The notes under the pieces were generated by a model. It made no database searches and was not told the DNA's origin. It saw only the letters and a list, made by a program, of their open reading frames with translations. A stretch of 64,000 bases of DNA from the human T2T-CHM13v2.0 reference genome, Homo sapiens. How positions within the stretch are numbered: position 1 is the stretch's first letter; every line of letters begins with the position of its first letter. The stretch lies in NCBI RefSeq assembly GCF_009914755.1, contig NC_060926.1. The stretch is one strand, 5' to 3'. The translations under genes and the position numbers were made by a program. This document shows positions 51,981-64,000 of the stretch, piece by piece.

Positions 51981-53560
51981 TCAGCTCTCATTGATTTCTA
52001 TGTAAATATGCACAGGTGATGTCCATATAGACATAAATAATAATATTTCTGACAATGGGTCCATATGATCTTCAAAATGTAAAATGCCTATCTGTGTAAT
52101 TGACTGGTTAGTCTCATTAATGAATATAGATTCAATTCTACTTTCTTGTTCTAGATAAATTATATAATCTAGCTTTTCATTTCACTTATTTACTGATAAC
52201 AACAGGAAGAATGACAAGATATCTATTTTGGAAAATTACTCTGGTAGGAGTAAAGATGAAACAGTGATAGAATTGCACGGAAAACTAGAAAAAAGTATGG
52301 TCTTCTGATATTCTATCACTTCACATACTAAAGGCCTCATAAAACTCAGATATTTTATCTAAAAATGTTATTTTCATCATAGGAATGATCAAAGCATGAG
52401 ACTACAATTGTATTAAAATGTGCTTGTATCACAAGCACAGGTGCTAAAAAGGAGGGGAAAACATCCTTACTGATATTTTCAAAGTATGTTTTACTTTTCA
52501 TCAACATGAACCTCAACTTGATATGATGCAGATTGAAGGAAATCACCCATAATTCCATATGAAGAAGGCCTGTGATATTTTATGGGAAAATAAATAGAGA
52601 AAATGCTAACAGAAACCCTATTAAGCACGAAGCTTTATGGAGCAAACACAAATCCAGTGGTGAAAGATACACACTCGAGTTCTGTTTGTTGTCTTGGAAC
52701 AATACGGTTTAGAGGTGACTGGCGGGTGAGGAGAACATATGCGAGTTCACCAAAGAGAAAAGGTGAATGAGGCAATGCCTCTTCCTGACCATATCTCTTA
52801 CTCAGATAACTATATAATTTATTGTCCAGTAAAGGGTATATTAAAAAATCATATTAAAAGTCATGCAGTGAAGTTGTCCAGGGAAATCAAGACTTAACAG
52901 TCTCACTCTGACAATAATGAACAGGGGGATTCCCTCAAGATAGACTAGGACATGACCCCACACTGGCAGGTAGTAGTACCAGAAAAGAACCCATGGAAAA
53001 TCTTTACCTTATGCTTGAGGTAGGGACCAGGCTAAAGTGAAAGCCAGACCTACAATTCTATCTAAAATAAATCCACAATCGAAGAAAATATGTGGTGTAC
53101 AGGCATAGAATGTCTTTACTGGATCATTGAAATAGTAAGATAAATTCAACTTTTACATTGTTTTCTTTTCCTCCAGTTAGGGCTTGAGGTTTGTCTCTGG
53201 AGAGTGACCATCAATTGGAGCCCTGCCTTTCTGGGGTTCTGGTCAGGGGGTTGTGGATGCTTAACATGTGCCTTTCACAGGACACTTCCTTACCCCAGCA
53301 GTGGCCAGGTGTGCATCCCACGACCAGGCCTCCCTCTCACAGAACATCTGTTGAGACTAGGAGATGCCTGGTGACTGTTGCCTGACCTGTGTCCTGTGTA
53401 TTTCTGACAAGAGCCACTCTCAGAGACCCTGGCCAGGAGGAGAGTTAGGTTCCAGTGTAGGTCAGCTCAGACACATGGAGGCCACAGAACCAAACATGGG
53501 AAATCACAGAAGTAGGTTTATTACTCACAGATCCAGAGAGAAGAGGGTAGCTGAGGAGAG

Positions 53561-53898
53561 GGTTTAGCTGTGTCCCCAGCCAAATCTCATCTTGAATTCC
53601 CACATGTTGTGGGAGGGAACAGGTGGGAGGTAATTGAATCATGGGGGCAGGTATTTCCCATGCTGTTCTTCTGATAGTGAATAAGTCTCACAAGATCTGA
53701 TGGTTTTATAAAGAGGAGTTTCCCTGCACAAGCTCTCTTGTCTTGTCTGCTGCCATGTGAGACGTGCCTTTCACCTTGCGCCATGATTGTGAGGCCTACC
53801 CAGCCATGTGGAACTGTGCATGTATTAAACCTCTTTCTTCTAGAAATTACCCAGTCTTGGGCATGTCTTTACCGGTGGTGTGAAAATGGACTAATACA
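53561..53898 (+). mobile_element. THE1 LTR, within an older LTR-like sequence
   Basis: ggtttagctgtgtccccagccaaatctcatcttgaa ... gtgtgaaaatggactaataca. Confidence 0.9.
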
Positions 53899-55415
53899 GT
53901 AGCACACCTCATAGGGCTGAACAAAATGGGGAAGATGAGTGGGGAGCAGGAGAGAGAAAAGGGGTCTGTGGGACTCTAGCTTTTATTGGGCCCAGAACAT
54001 TACCCAAATAAGTTTTCCACGGGGCACTTGTCGGTGGGGTGAGTGCCAGCAGGCACATTTCTTGACTCCCGCTGCAACCGAGCAGGTCACTCTGGCGTGT
54101 GGGGGCTGTCCATGTGCGCTGTGAGGTCTGTGGGGTGAGTCAGGTAGGTTGTATCCAACGGTTCCATAGCTGGTAGTCACCAGGAGGGAGGCAACTGTGT
54201 AGGGTCAATATCTGGGCCAGCCACACTGAGGAACTGTGAGGGTTAGAACTGGAAATTGTCAAGGGAATCTGAACCCAGCTACCATATGAGAGAGTTCAAC
54301 TTATGTTCAATGTGAATGCCATGGCAATATTAAAAGGTAAGAATTCGCTCCATACGTGCTTGAGGTAAATAGGAGAAACCTAGAATTTATGTAAACAGTG
54401 AGAAGATTGGATGCCTTTTCCGTCACATATTTTAATACTAGCAGCATATTATATATGTCAATCCATCAGGCATTCAGAAATACATGCTTATGAAAATTTT
54501 TTGCACCATCAGACAAAAGACAAGGGTAGAAGACATTTGTAACCCTATAAACACTAGTAAATTAAAAACAGAAGGACCTTTATGTCCTAACATATCTGCG
54601 TTGTGAAAGGCTGCCCTGTAAAATACGGGATTTCTTAAACATATTTTAAAAATCATAGGTGTCAATATTTTTTAGAAACCCATTTAAATTTTCTCTTGCT
54701 ATTTTACAATGCCTATTTATTTATTTAGTGGCTCTGCTGATTTTGATGTATATCCTAAACTTTATATTTTCTTTAAAGGATGTTTTATACAACTTTATGT
54801 AAAATGTTTCAGTATCTTCACATTCTCTCCCTGTCCTTTTGTTTTGTTCCTATATGGTGGTCTTGAGTCTTTTCTGTGGCTTTTCAAACCTAGTAAGACT
54901 AAGACACTAAAGTAACTTTGCCCGTGGTTTGGTAATGCCTTCTAAAGCACATCCTAATCTCCCGTGCATACAGGGGTCTCCTTTGAGCTCTGCGCTTTTG
55001 AGATCCCATATACCTAAATTCCAGTACTCCAAATCAGTACTGCTCAGTTTTAGTTACTAAGTTTAAAAATGTATTTTAATAGCAAGTTAGTTTAGTGCAC
55101 TCTTGCTTCTTTCTTGACTGCTTGTGTACATGTATATTCCTTTAAATGAATCTTGGAAATTATTTAAAAATTTTAAATTATACTAATGAAACTGTATATT
55201 GTGAATTCATAAGTGAATTTGGAAAGAATTTGTCTTTATGGTACTAAATCCTTTTTATCCACGAATCATATGTGTCTTTATATTTATTCGTCTATATTTA
55301 TATTACTGAGTGTATATATAGAAATGTAGATACATACAGCTGTAGTTATAGATACAAATATAGATATAACATGTTAAATCTATATCTATCCCATATAACA
55401 TATATACATGTTATA

Positions 55416-55446
<31 letters not shown>

Positions 55447-56233
55447 GTTTATGTTATTAAAGAGCTCCCTTAAAATTTTTCTTTTATTTCCTATATAATT
55501 TTAGGTCGAGCTTGAATTTTCCTTGTATAAACAAGCAAATATTTATACTAGTTTTAATACTGATGTTTAGACATTGTATCTTATTTTAGCATTGAATATT
55601 TTCACAATTATTAGAAATATTATCTAATATTAATAATGTACCTGTTAAAAATATTTAAAATTTTACCTTTGAATTATTTTATTGTTGAATTAAAATTCCT
55701 TTAATATGATAGTAAATTTCTATTTTATGCTTTCTCTTTGCATATGCAAATTAATCTATCCACTTCTCTATCTCTAAGTAGTAACATATGAAAATCAGGC
55801 CTCTATTCTTCTAATGAACATACACGTTTGCATATAGAATATCAGACTCTTTATAGCATTTAAAATCTTTAAAGACATGAATATTGCCTTTTAACAAATA
55901 TATTTTAGCATGTACTGAGAATCCCCTATTTATTTTTAATTTGGGCTAATCAATATGATTGTTAATATTATTGGATTACCAAATTTGGAAACACACTTTC
56001 ATCCCCAAGGTGGATATTTGTTGTTTTTTTTTTTTTTTTTTTTGCCAATTTCTTGTCTTACTGTTTCAAATATTGTTGGATATTATTTTTATTTTATTTG
56101 GCATTTTAGTATCAACATTCGTAATTGATGTACTCTATATATTTTTTCTTCAATATCTGGTGAGTTTTATAATTACTGCTATATTGGATTTGTAGTAGAC
56201 ATTGACAAAAATTATTCCTGTATATTTTATAGC

Positions 56234-56785
56234 TGTATGAGGGAAACTAATATATTTTACCCCTAAATATATTTCCTTGATATATTTCAAAATGGCTATT
56301 GAGAAGGGCTGGAAATGCAAACTTAGCTGCAAAGCTGTCTTGGGGAGCTTTGCATCGGTAGAGAATCTGCCTTGATGCAGCCAGGCTTTCTCTGAGGTCT
56401 GCCCCCTTATCTGGATCTAGGAAAGGTTAACTGAGAGTCTGAGGTCTCCAAAGGTCTGAAAGAAACATTTTTTCTCTATTCTCTCTGAGGACTGCTCCCA
56501 GTGAGATTCCACCTGTGTAATAAGCCCACTGTTGCTAGCCAGGGTCGTTTTCTCACGTAACCTTGTTTTTTTTCCCTGTGATCCAAGACCCCATTCTTTC
56601 TGTAAACTTCATATGGTAGATAAGCTTCTGCACACATCGTGTGTCTGGGTCTTCGTTCTAAGGGCTCCAGTGTACACACATTGCAGAAACCTGTATGCCT
56701 TTTCTACTATGTATCTGCCTCCTATTAGTGATTTTCAGGGAAACTTCAGAAGGCAAAAGGGACATTCTCCTTTAGCTCATTCTCA
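56234..56785 (+). mobile_element. ERV1 LTR (MER34/MER39-like)
   Basis: acccctaaatatatttccttgatatatttcaaaatggcta ... ggaaaggttaactgagagtctg; related to 58698-59630. Confidence 0.6.
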
Positions 56786-56967
56786 GACAAAATCCCCCAA
56801 CATTTAACTGATTCCTAATAGCTTAAAATCACTTTGAAAAATCCATATATTTATAACCTTTTCTTCCCTCTATGATTTCTGGTCAGCTTGGGTTTTGTTT
56901 TTCATTCCATTTACTTCATCCTCGAAAAGATCTATTTTACGTCTATTTATTCTCATTTATGGACATT

Positions 56968-57420
56968 GAGAAAAGAAAATAACTTTCATGTGAGAAATGC
57001 AAGTCCTTTTAAATAATCAGGCCCAGAGAGATATTCAAATGAGACGGCAGTTCTGTCCTGCTCCTCTTTGAGCTGTGTGTTCATCTAGGCTGCTTGCTGT
57101 TGCCACAGTAGCTATAAATTAACCAATAACGCCACTCCAGACACTATAATACACACCCAATAATAGTGTAACAGTGTATAGCCAGTCACTAATAAATGTT
57201 ATTTCCATAAGCCAATGAGAATTTGTGACAAACCTCTTTGGATCATCCCACTTCTGGACCCTTTTTTGCCTTTAAGAAACTGCTTGTTGCAAAGCTCCAA
57301 AGGGAGTTCATATCCAAGGATACTTGGGTCTGTTTCTTCCAGGCATCTGTCCTCATTGTGGATCAAGTAAACTCTTTGAATTACGTTTTGTGCTTCAGCC
57401 CCTTCCACTTAGATTAACAA
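56968..57420 (+). mobile_element. ERV1-class solo LTR, family uncertain
   Basis: TG...CA ends, ccaat boxes, agtaaactcttt poly(A)-signal region. Confidence 0.55.
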
Positions 57421-57534
57421 CATGGATTTGTGTCACCATGTACGGCAATTAAAATGTTCACACTTTTCCCCTCGAGGGCACTGATGTGTTTTCCTGAGCA
57501 TTTGGAATAGCTACGTAGTGTTTACTGTCTAGAT

Positions 57535-57722
57535 TATGGTTTCTCAGCCTTGGTGCTACTTACCTTTAGGACCAGAGGATTCTTTGTTGTGGGAGGCTGC
57601 CCTAGCAATGCTAGGTGTTTCGTTTGACCTCTACATTTCACACCTCCACCAGTCTTGACATCCCCACAATAACCCTAGACATTGACAAATGTCTCCTGGG
57701 GAAAACTCTCCACCAGTTGACA
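57535..57722. mobile_element. MER20-like DNA transposon fossil
   Basis: ggtttctcagccttgg ... attctttgttgtgggaggctgccc ... agacattgacaaatgtctcctgggg. Confidence 0.75.
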
Positions 57723-58697
57723 GGCAAAGTTCTGGAAATATTGGAATTGTCAATTGAGATTTTATGTTATCCAAAACAAATATTTTTCTTTGTTTTTAAA
57801 CATCTACTTCCATCTACTTATCTACTTATTTTTATTTTTATTGGTAACTTAATTCCATCAAGGAGAGAGAGTGCATTTTCTGTTATGCTAAATTTTTGAA
57901 GAATGTATTGATTTTTTATGACCTGATATATGGATGATGTGTAGATATTACATTTTTGTATTATCAAATTTCAGGGTGATAATAAAATAAATACTTATAA
58001 TATTTATATTGTCACTGTATATTAGTTATTTTCTTTCTTCACTACAGGAGTTTTTCAACCTATAGGCTATTTTTCAATTCTAGGTTATCCAGTAGATTTT
58101 GAAATGTTATGATTAAATATCTACTTCTCAAGCATTCATCTTTGCAAATAAAACAATCCCAAGCTCTTATAATGCACATCATATAAAGGGCAGATTAGTC
58201 AACATATGGTTCAGAAATAATTATGTAATATTTATAATAAAATTAAAAATTTAGATCCTTAACTCAGGTAACAATAATCCAAGTTAAAATTTGATTTCAT
58301 TACATAATTTAAAATGACACCAGAATACTAGTAAAAATGTAGATTAGTTTATATCATCTTTTTTAGCTGTAAGACTTTATTAGCATAAATTCAAATACAG
58401 GAACCAAAGTAAGATTGAGACCTATAGTCAAAGGTTAAAATGTACACATTATAGGGGCATGATTAAACTAATTTAAAGCATAATAACATGGAGAAATATT
58501 GCAAAACATACATTTTACTGAATGAATTGTTAATATCTAATCATTATGTGAGAACAAAATTAAAGAGTAGCTACACAGACACACACCCACACACAAGTGC
58601 AATATTGTCAAATAAACGATGTTCAGCTACACTAGCAATCACACCTGTGTTTTCTCCACAGAAAAGATTAAAAATCACAATAATATTTATTGTACAT

Positions 58698-59630
<933 letters not shown>

Positions 59631-62009
59631 GAGAAAAGACAAATATATAGGTGACAAATAATATTTAGAGTGTAAGACGCTTTTTAAAGGTATATTTGCA
59701 ATTTGTGTCAAAAAATTTAAATATACATTTGTTATTTTAACTATAAAATTTCAAATAATTTAAGCCAAATACATAGTATATGCAGAAAATTTAGCAATAT
59801 ATCTATGTAGCACCTTACTGTGCATTACTGTAACCAGCCGTCTAATATAAAGAATTAATTAAGGTAGCACCTACTTTTCAAATAGCGCATTTTTTCACAG
59901 ACCTATTAAATAAGACAAATAACATTTAAACTTTATTTTTAAATGTGCAGAATAGTAGTTTTCGGCAGATGGTTTATTTTAGCAAATTCCATCTTCACAT
60001 TGTGCTATGCTTTTATGAGTTCCAGCTGTTAACGGATATTTTACTGCTGAAACTATCATGTGTGATATAATTGCTCATTACGTGCCTTAAAACACAAGCA
60101 GTATAATTATTTTCAACTTGGAGCAAATTAAAATCTTATCAGCGATTTAAAAACTGTAGAGTCGTCTTCTTCTGGTTAATTATTTTAAACTTGTATTTTT
60201 CTCTTTATGTTTTTAGTGAGTTGTCTTATCAAGGAGAAGAACTCAAGATGATTATTCTTTTTTTCTCTTCCATCCACCTCGCAGGTGTGTTAATAATTTC
60301 ATTTCTCAGAAAATGTTCTTTCATATCCATCTTACAAGATGAGAGACTTTTTAACATCTTCCATTCGGATGTGATACCAGTAATGGAAAATATTCCAGCC
60401 TCATGAATATGGTGATACAAATAGTTATCCGTCTATCCTCTTTCAGTGTCAAATGTTTACTTTACTCAGTGAATTACTCAGTTGACTGGTAATTTCTTCT
60501 GAAATCACTAATGAGAAGATCAGAGGTCTGGCTGTTGTCTGTACCTCATATGACTCCCAGTACAGACAATTGTTTCTATGGAGCACAGACTGTTGAAAGG
60601 ATTGACTTCCTGCCTAGAATAGTTTCTGCTGTGCTTCTTATCCTTCTTGTGGAGATTTCAGATTATCTGAATTGTTTTTCTATATTGAGAAAAAACGCAA
60701 CAATTCTCCCACCTGAGAGGAATGTAAACTGTAGTAAGTTAGCTGAACCAATCCGTAAAATTTTTACATTGTTTGTTGCAAAATGCAGCGCTGGTGTCTC
60801 CATCACTAACCTTTTCTATCCCTCATTGCTCTTTCTTTGGCTGCACTAGGATACCTCTAAGCAAATCTATTCTCGAGACAGAGTGCCCTTTTGGTGAGCT
60901 ATAAGCACACTCAATGGTAGGCTGAAATACTAGCTTTTATCTATGGCGAAATGGAATCATATCAGTGATTTTTTTTAAAAAGGAAGTTTAACTCTTGCTG
61001 TGGTTTGAATGCTTGCCCCTTCCAATCTCATGTTAAAATTTGATCCCCAATGTTGCAGGTGGGGCTTACTGGGAGGTGTTTGGTCATGGGGTTGGACCTT
61101 CATGAATGGATAATACCCTCCCTTAGAAATCTAAATCTATCCTCCCTCCTCGGTGCCCTCAGGAATGAGTGTACCATTCTTTTTTCACCTGTAATTCCCC
61201 CACCCATCCTTTTTGAGATATTAATTACATGTATGTTACACTGCTGCATATTGTTTGACGTATCAGTGAGTTTCTGGCTTTCTTATTTTAGTTTATCCTT
61301 TGTCCTTTAGTTTGTAAAGCTTCTATTTTTTTCTATAAATTTTCTGATGTTAGGGTAAAATCCATTACTTATTCAATCTCATGGAATTTTTATTTTAAAT
61401 ATTTATTTTTCATCTATACATGCCCCATTTTTCATTTTATAACTTCTATTTTTCTCCTATGTTCAATTTTCATTTAAGTACCTTGACATATATATGTATT
61501 TATCTATATGTATTTATAAAATATATTTTCTTTAAGGACCTTGAAATTTCCTTCTTTTCTGTCATTTATAAATGACTTATTTTTATCCTGTTAATATATA
61601 TCTTAATTATATATATCTTACGGCTTATTTGCATGTCAGAGATTTTTTTGTGGGTATTTTGATGTTATGCTATTGAATATCTAGATTTTATTGGCTACCT
61701 TTGAACAATGTTGTGGCAGGCAGTTCAGTAACTTCAGGATGAGTATTTGTCTGTTGTTGTTTTAAATCTTCTCTTTAAACTTTGTGGAGTTAGTCTAGAG
61801 CCATCTGTAATTTGGAGCTAAATGAGCACTGTCACTAGGGCATGAACCTCCAGTGGTCTTTACTGAATATCCTGGAGGTAAAGAGGGGATTCCCTTCTCT
61901 GATTAGAATTTGGAATATAAAGAGAAAAGAGAAAAATAGAAAGCTATGCATAAACACGTGCATTAAAATGAATTTTATGTGGGCTTTTTCATGAAAATGT
62001 TCCTAAGGT

Positions 62010-62650
62010 ATTTTTTTTTAATTGTGGTAAAATACACATAACATAAAATGTACTCTGTTAACCATTTTAAGTGTACAGTTTAGTGGTACTAAATATAGTC
62101 ATAACATTTGGCAGCCGTCCCTACCATCCATCTCCATAATTCGTTTCATCTTGTAAAACTGAAACTCTATAACAATTAAACAATACTTCCCCATTTCTTC
62201 CTCCCCCCAGCTTCTGCCAACCATCATTGTACCATCTCTATGATTCTGACCACTTTAATACAAATGGAATTATACTGTATTTGTCCTTCACTGACTAACT
62301 TATTTCACTTGGCATAACATCCTCAAGTTTCATCCAAGTTGCAACATACGTCAGAATATTTCCCTCATGTTTAAGGCTGAATAATATTCCATTGTATGCA
62401 TATATCATATTGTGCTTATCCATTCATCTGTAGTTGGACACTTCAATTGCTTCTAAGTTTTAGCTATTGCCAATAACGTTGCTGCAAACATGGATGTGCA
62501 AATATTTTTTCAAGAGTCTGCTTTCAATTCTTTTACTATCCTGAGATGTGGTGCTGCTGAATCATATGGCAATACCATTTTGATGTTTTGAGGAACTACC
62601 ATACTCTTTTCCACAGCAAACATAGCGTTTGGCATTCCCTCCAATACTGC
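62010..62650 (-). mobile_element. L1MB-like 3' end
   Basis: aattgtggtaaaatacacataacataaaatgtac ... ttttgaggaactaccatactcttttcca. Confidence 0.85.
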
Positions 62651-64000
62651 AAAACGAATCGCCACATCCTTGTCTGTGGATTTTATTCACAAGTCCTGTG
62701 GCTCTCTCTACATCCCGGCCACCATGTGTTATTTTCTGTTTATGTATATGACATCAAAGGTGCAGGAAGTAATGAACTAAATTGGAAGGATAAACATGTA
62801 GAAAAATAGAGGTAAATACTGACTACATAAAACCATAAGAATAAGAATTTTGGATGATCTATCTATTATATACCTATTTATCTAACAGCTATCTGTTCCT
62901 CCATCTGTAATTAAAATATATTACAGTTAGAGAACAGAGGAAAAAGTAGGAATACATGAATTTAAATTTTAATTCTTCTTAGATTGTCTCACAGCATCAT
63001 TATAGGAAAGAAAATTTATAGGTCAATATCTGTTAACTATAAATGTAACATTCTTAAAGAATTCAAATACATTAAATTACAGCATGAATAATATATTACA
63101 ATCCATTCAAGTTTATTTTATTCCAGGAACACAAAAATACAAATTTCATTTGCAATTCAAAAAAAAACAGAAATCGATACATATGATTGATGTATGTACA
63201 CACTTAATGTATTTTTAAATATACATTTTTAAAAAATAGAAATTTTTCTAGGGCAAATACTTAATATATCACTGAAAGTAGTGTTATTAGCTAATACTTT
63301 CCTAATAACTCTGGTATTACATAAGAAACAAAAATTAAAATTTCAGGTAAACTTAGAAACTAAAAATTTTAAAAATATTATTCTGTTATCCATATGTTCA
63401 TATTTAATATTATTTCTTGTTTTCATTCGTCTTCAGTGTTGCTCTACTAAAATATAACATACAATACTAACTTTTGATTTCTGTTCTTATTACTCAGAAT
63501 TGTATACATTTTCTCATGCTCTTAATTTAGTTATGCTACTTTTCTGTACTCTTGGAATTTTCACATTTGTGTTCACTCTCTTTTGAGTAACCATAGTATC
63601 AAATGAGCTTTTTTCCCTCTTTCTGATTTGAAGATTCATCTTCTCATAATTATTTTGTCCACTCAGTTTTTTTTTCATTCTCAGTTAAGCGCCTCTCATC
63701 TGGCTTCTTTTCATTTATAAGGTTTCCTTTCATCTTAAGCCAGTCTTTCATTTATATTTTGATTCTGTTTTGTGGAGGACATGCTTCCCTGAATTTTATG
63801 GAAGAGGCCAAAAGGTTTGTTCATGTTTTTACCTGATACATTGGATTAAATTATCTAATGCACACACTTTTAATTTAAGTCTAGGGGCAACTGTCTACTC
63901 TTGATTTTGTATAGTATTATTTTTCTTAACATCCAAGTCCATCTTCATCTATTTGTATAAGATCAATAAAAATATATTTGTCCAGAACCCTGCTTTGGCG

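Overview
Eukaryotic (human/great-ape type) pericentromeric segmental-duplication mosaic with no intact protein-coding gene. Left to right: (1) about 1-7894, an Xq28-type duplicon with unprocessed ABCD1 (adrenoleukodystrophy) pseudogene exons 7-10 on the minus strand; (2) a GC-rich (CAAAAAGCCGCGGCGGCGGGGG)n array at about 8028-8612; (3) Alu/L1/MaLR-rich DNA containing one isolated, intact 102-bp NAALAD2-like exon (23395-23496); (4) an internally deleted HERV-L provirus whose 3' MLT2 LTR is split by a second, inverted MLT2 LTR; (5) an IGK-derived segment with an IGKV1 orphon that has lost both leader ATGs but keeps an open V exon and a canonical 12-RSS; (6) a second, 1.45-kb GC-rich array (38005-39465) containing a pure (CGG)12; (7) about 24 kb of AT-rich old L1/L2/LTR/Alu DNA with a 630-bp polypyrimidine tract. 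ABCD1 exon 7-10 copies, IGKV orphons and GC-rich junction repeats are known features of human pericentromeres (2p11/10p11/16p11/22q11 type); which paralogous locus this is cannot be determined here. I see no convincing new biological system. The best second-look items are a 132-bp paralogous patch at the ABCD1 breakpoint, a frameshift exactly compensated by intron-9 retention, the orphan NAALAD2 exon and the structure of the GC arrays. Repeat subfamily calls and ABCD1/NAALAD2 comparisons rest on my recall of reference sequences, and repeat boundaries are approximate.
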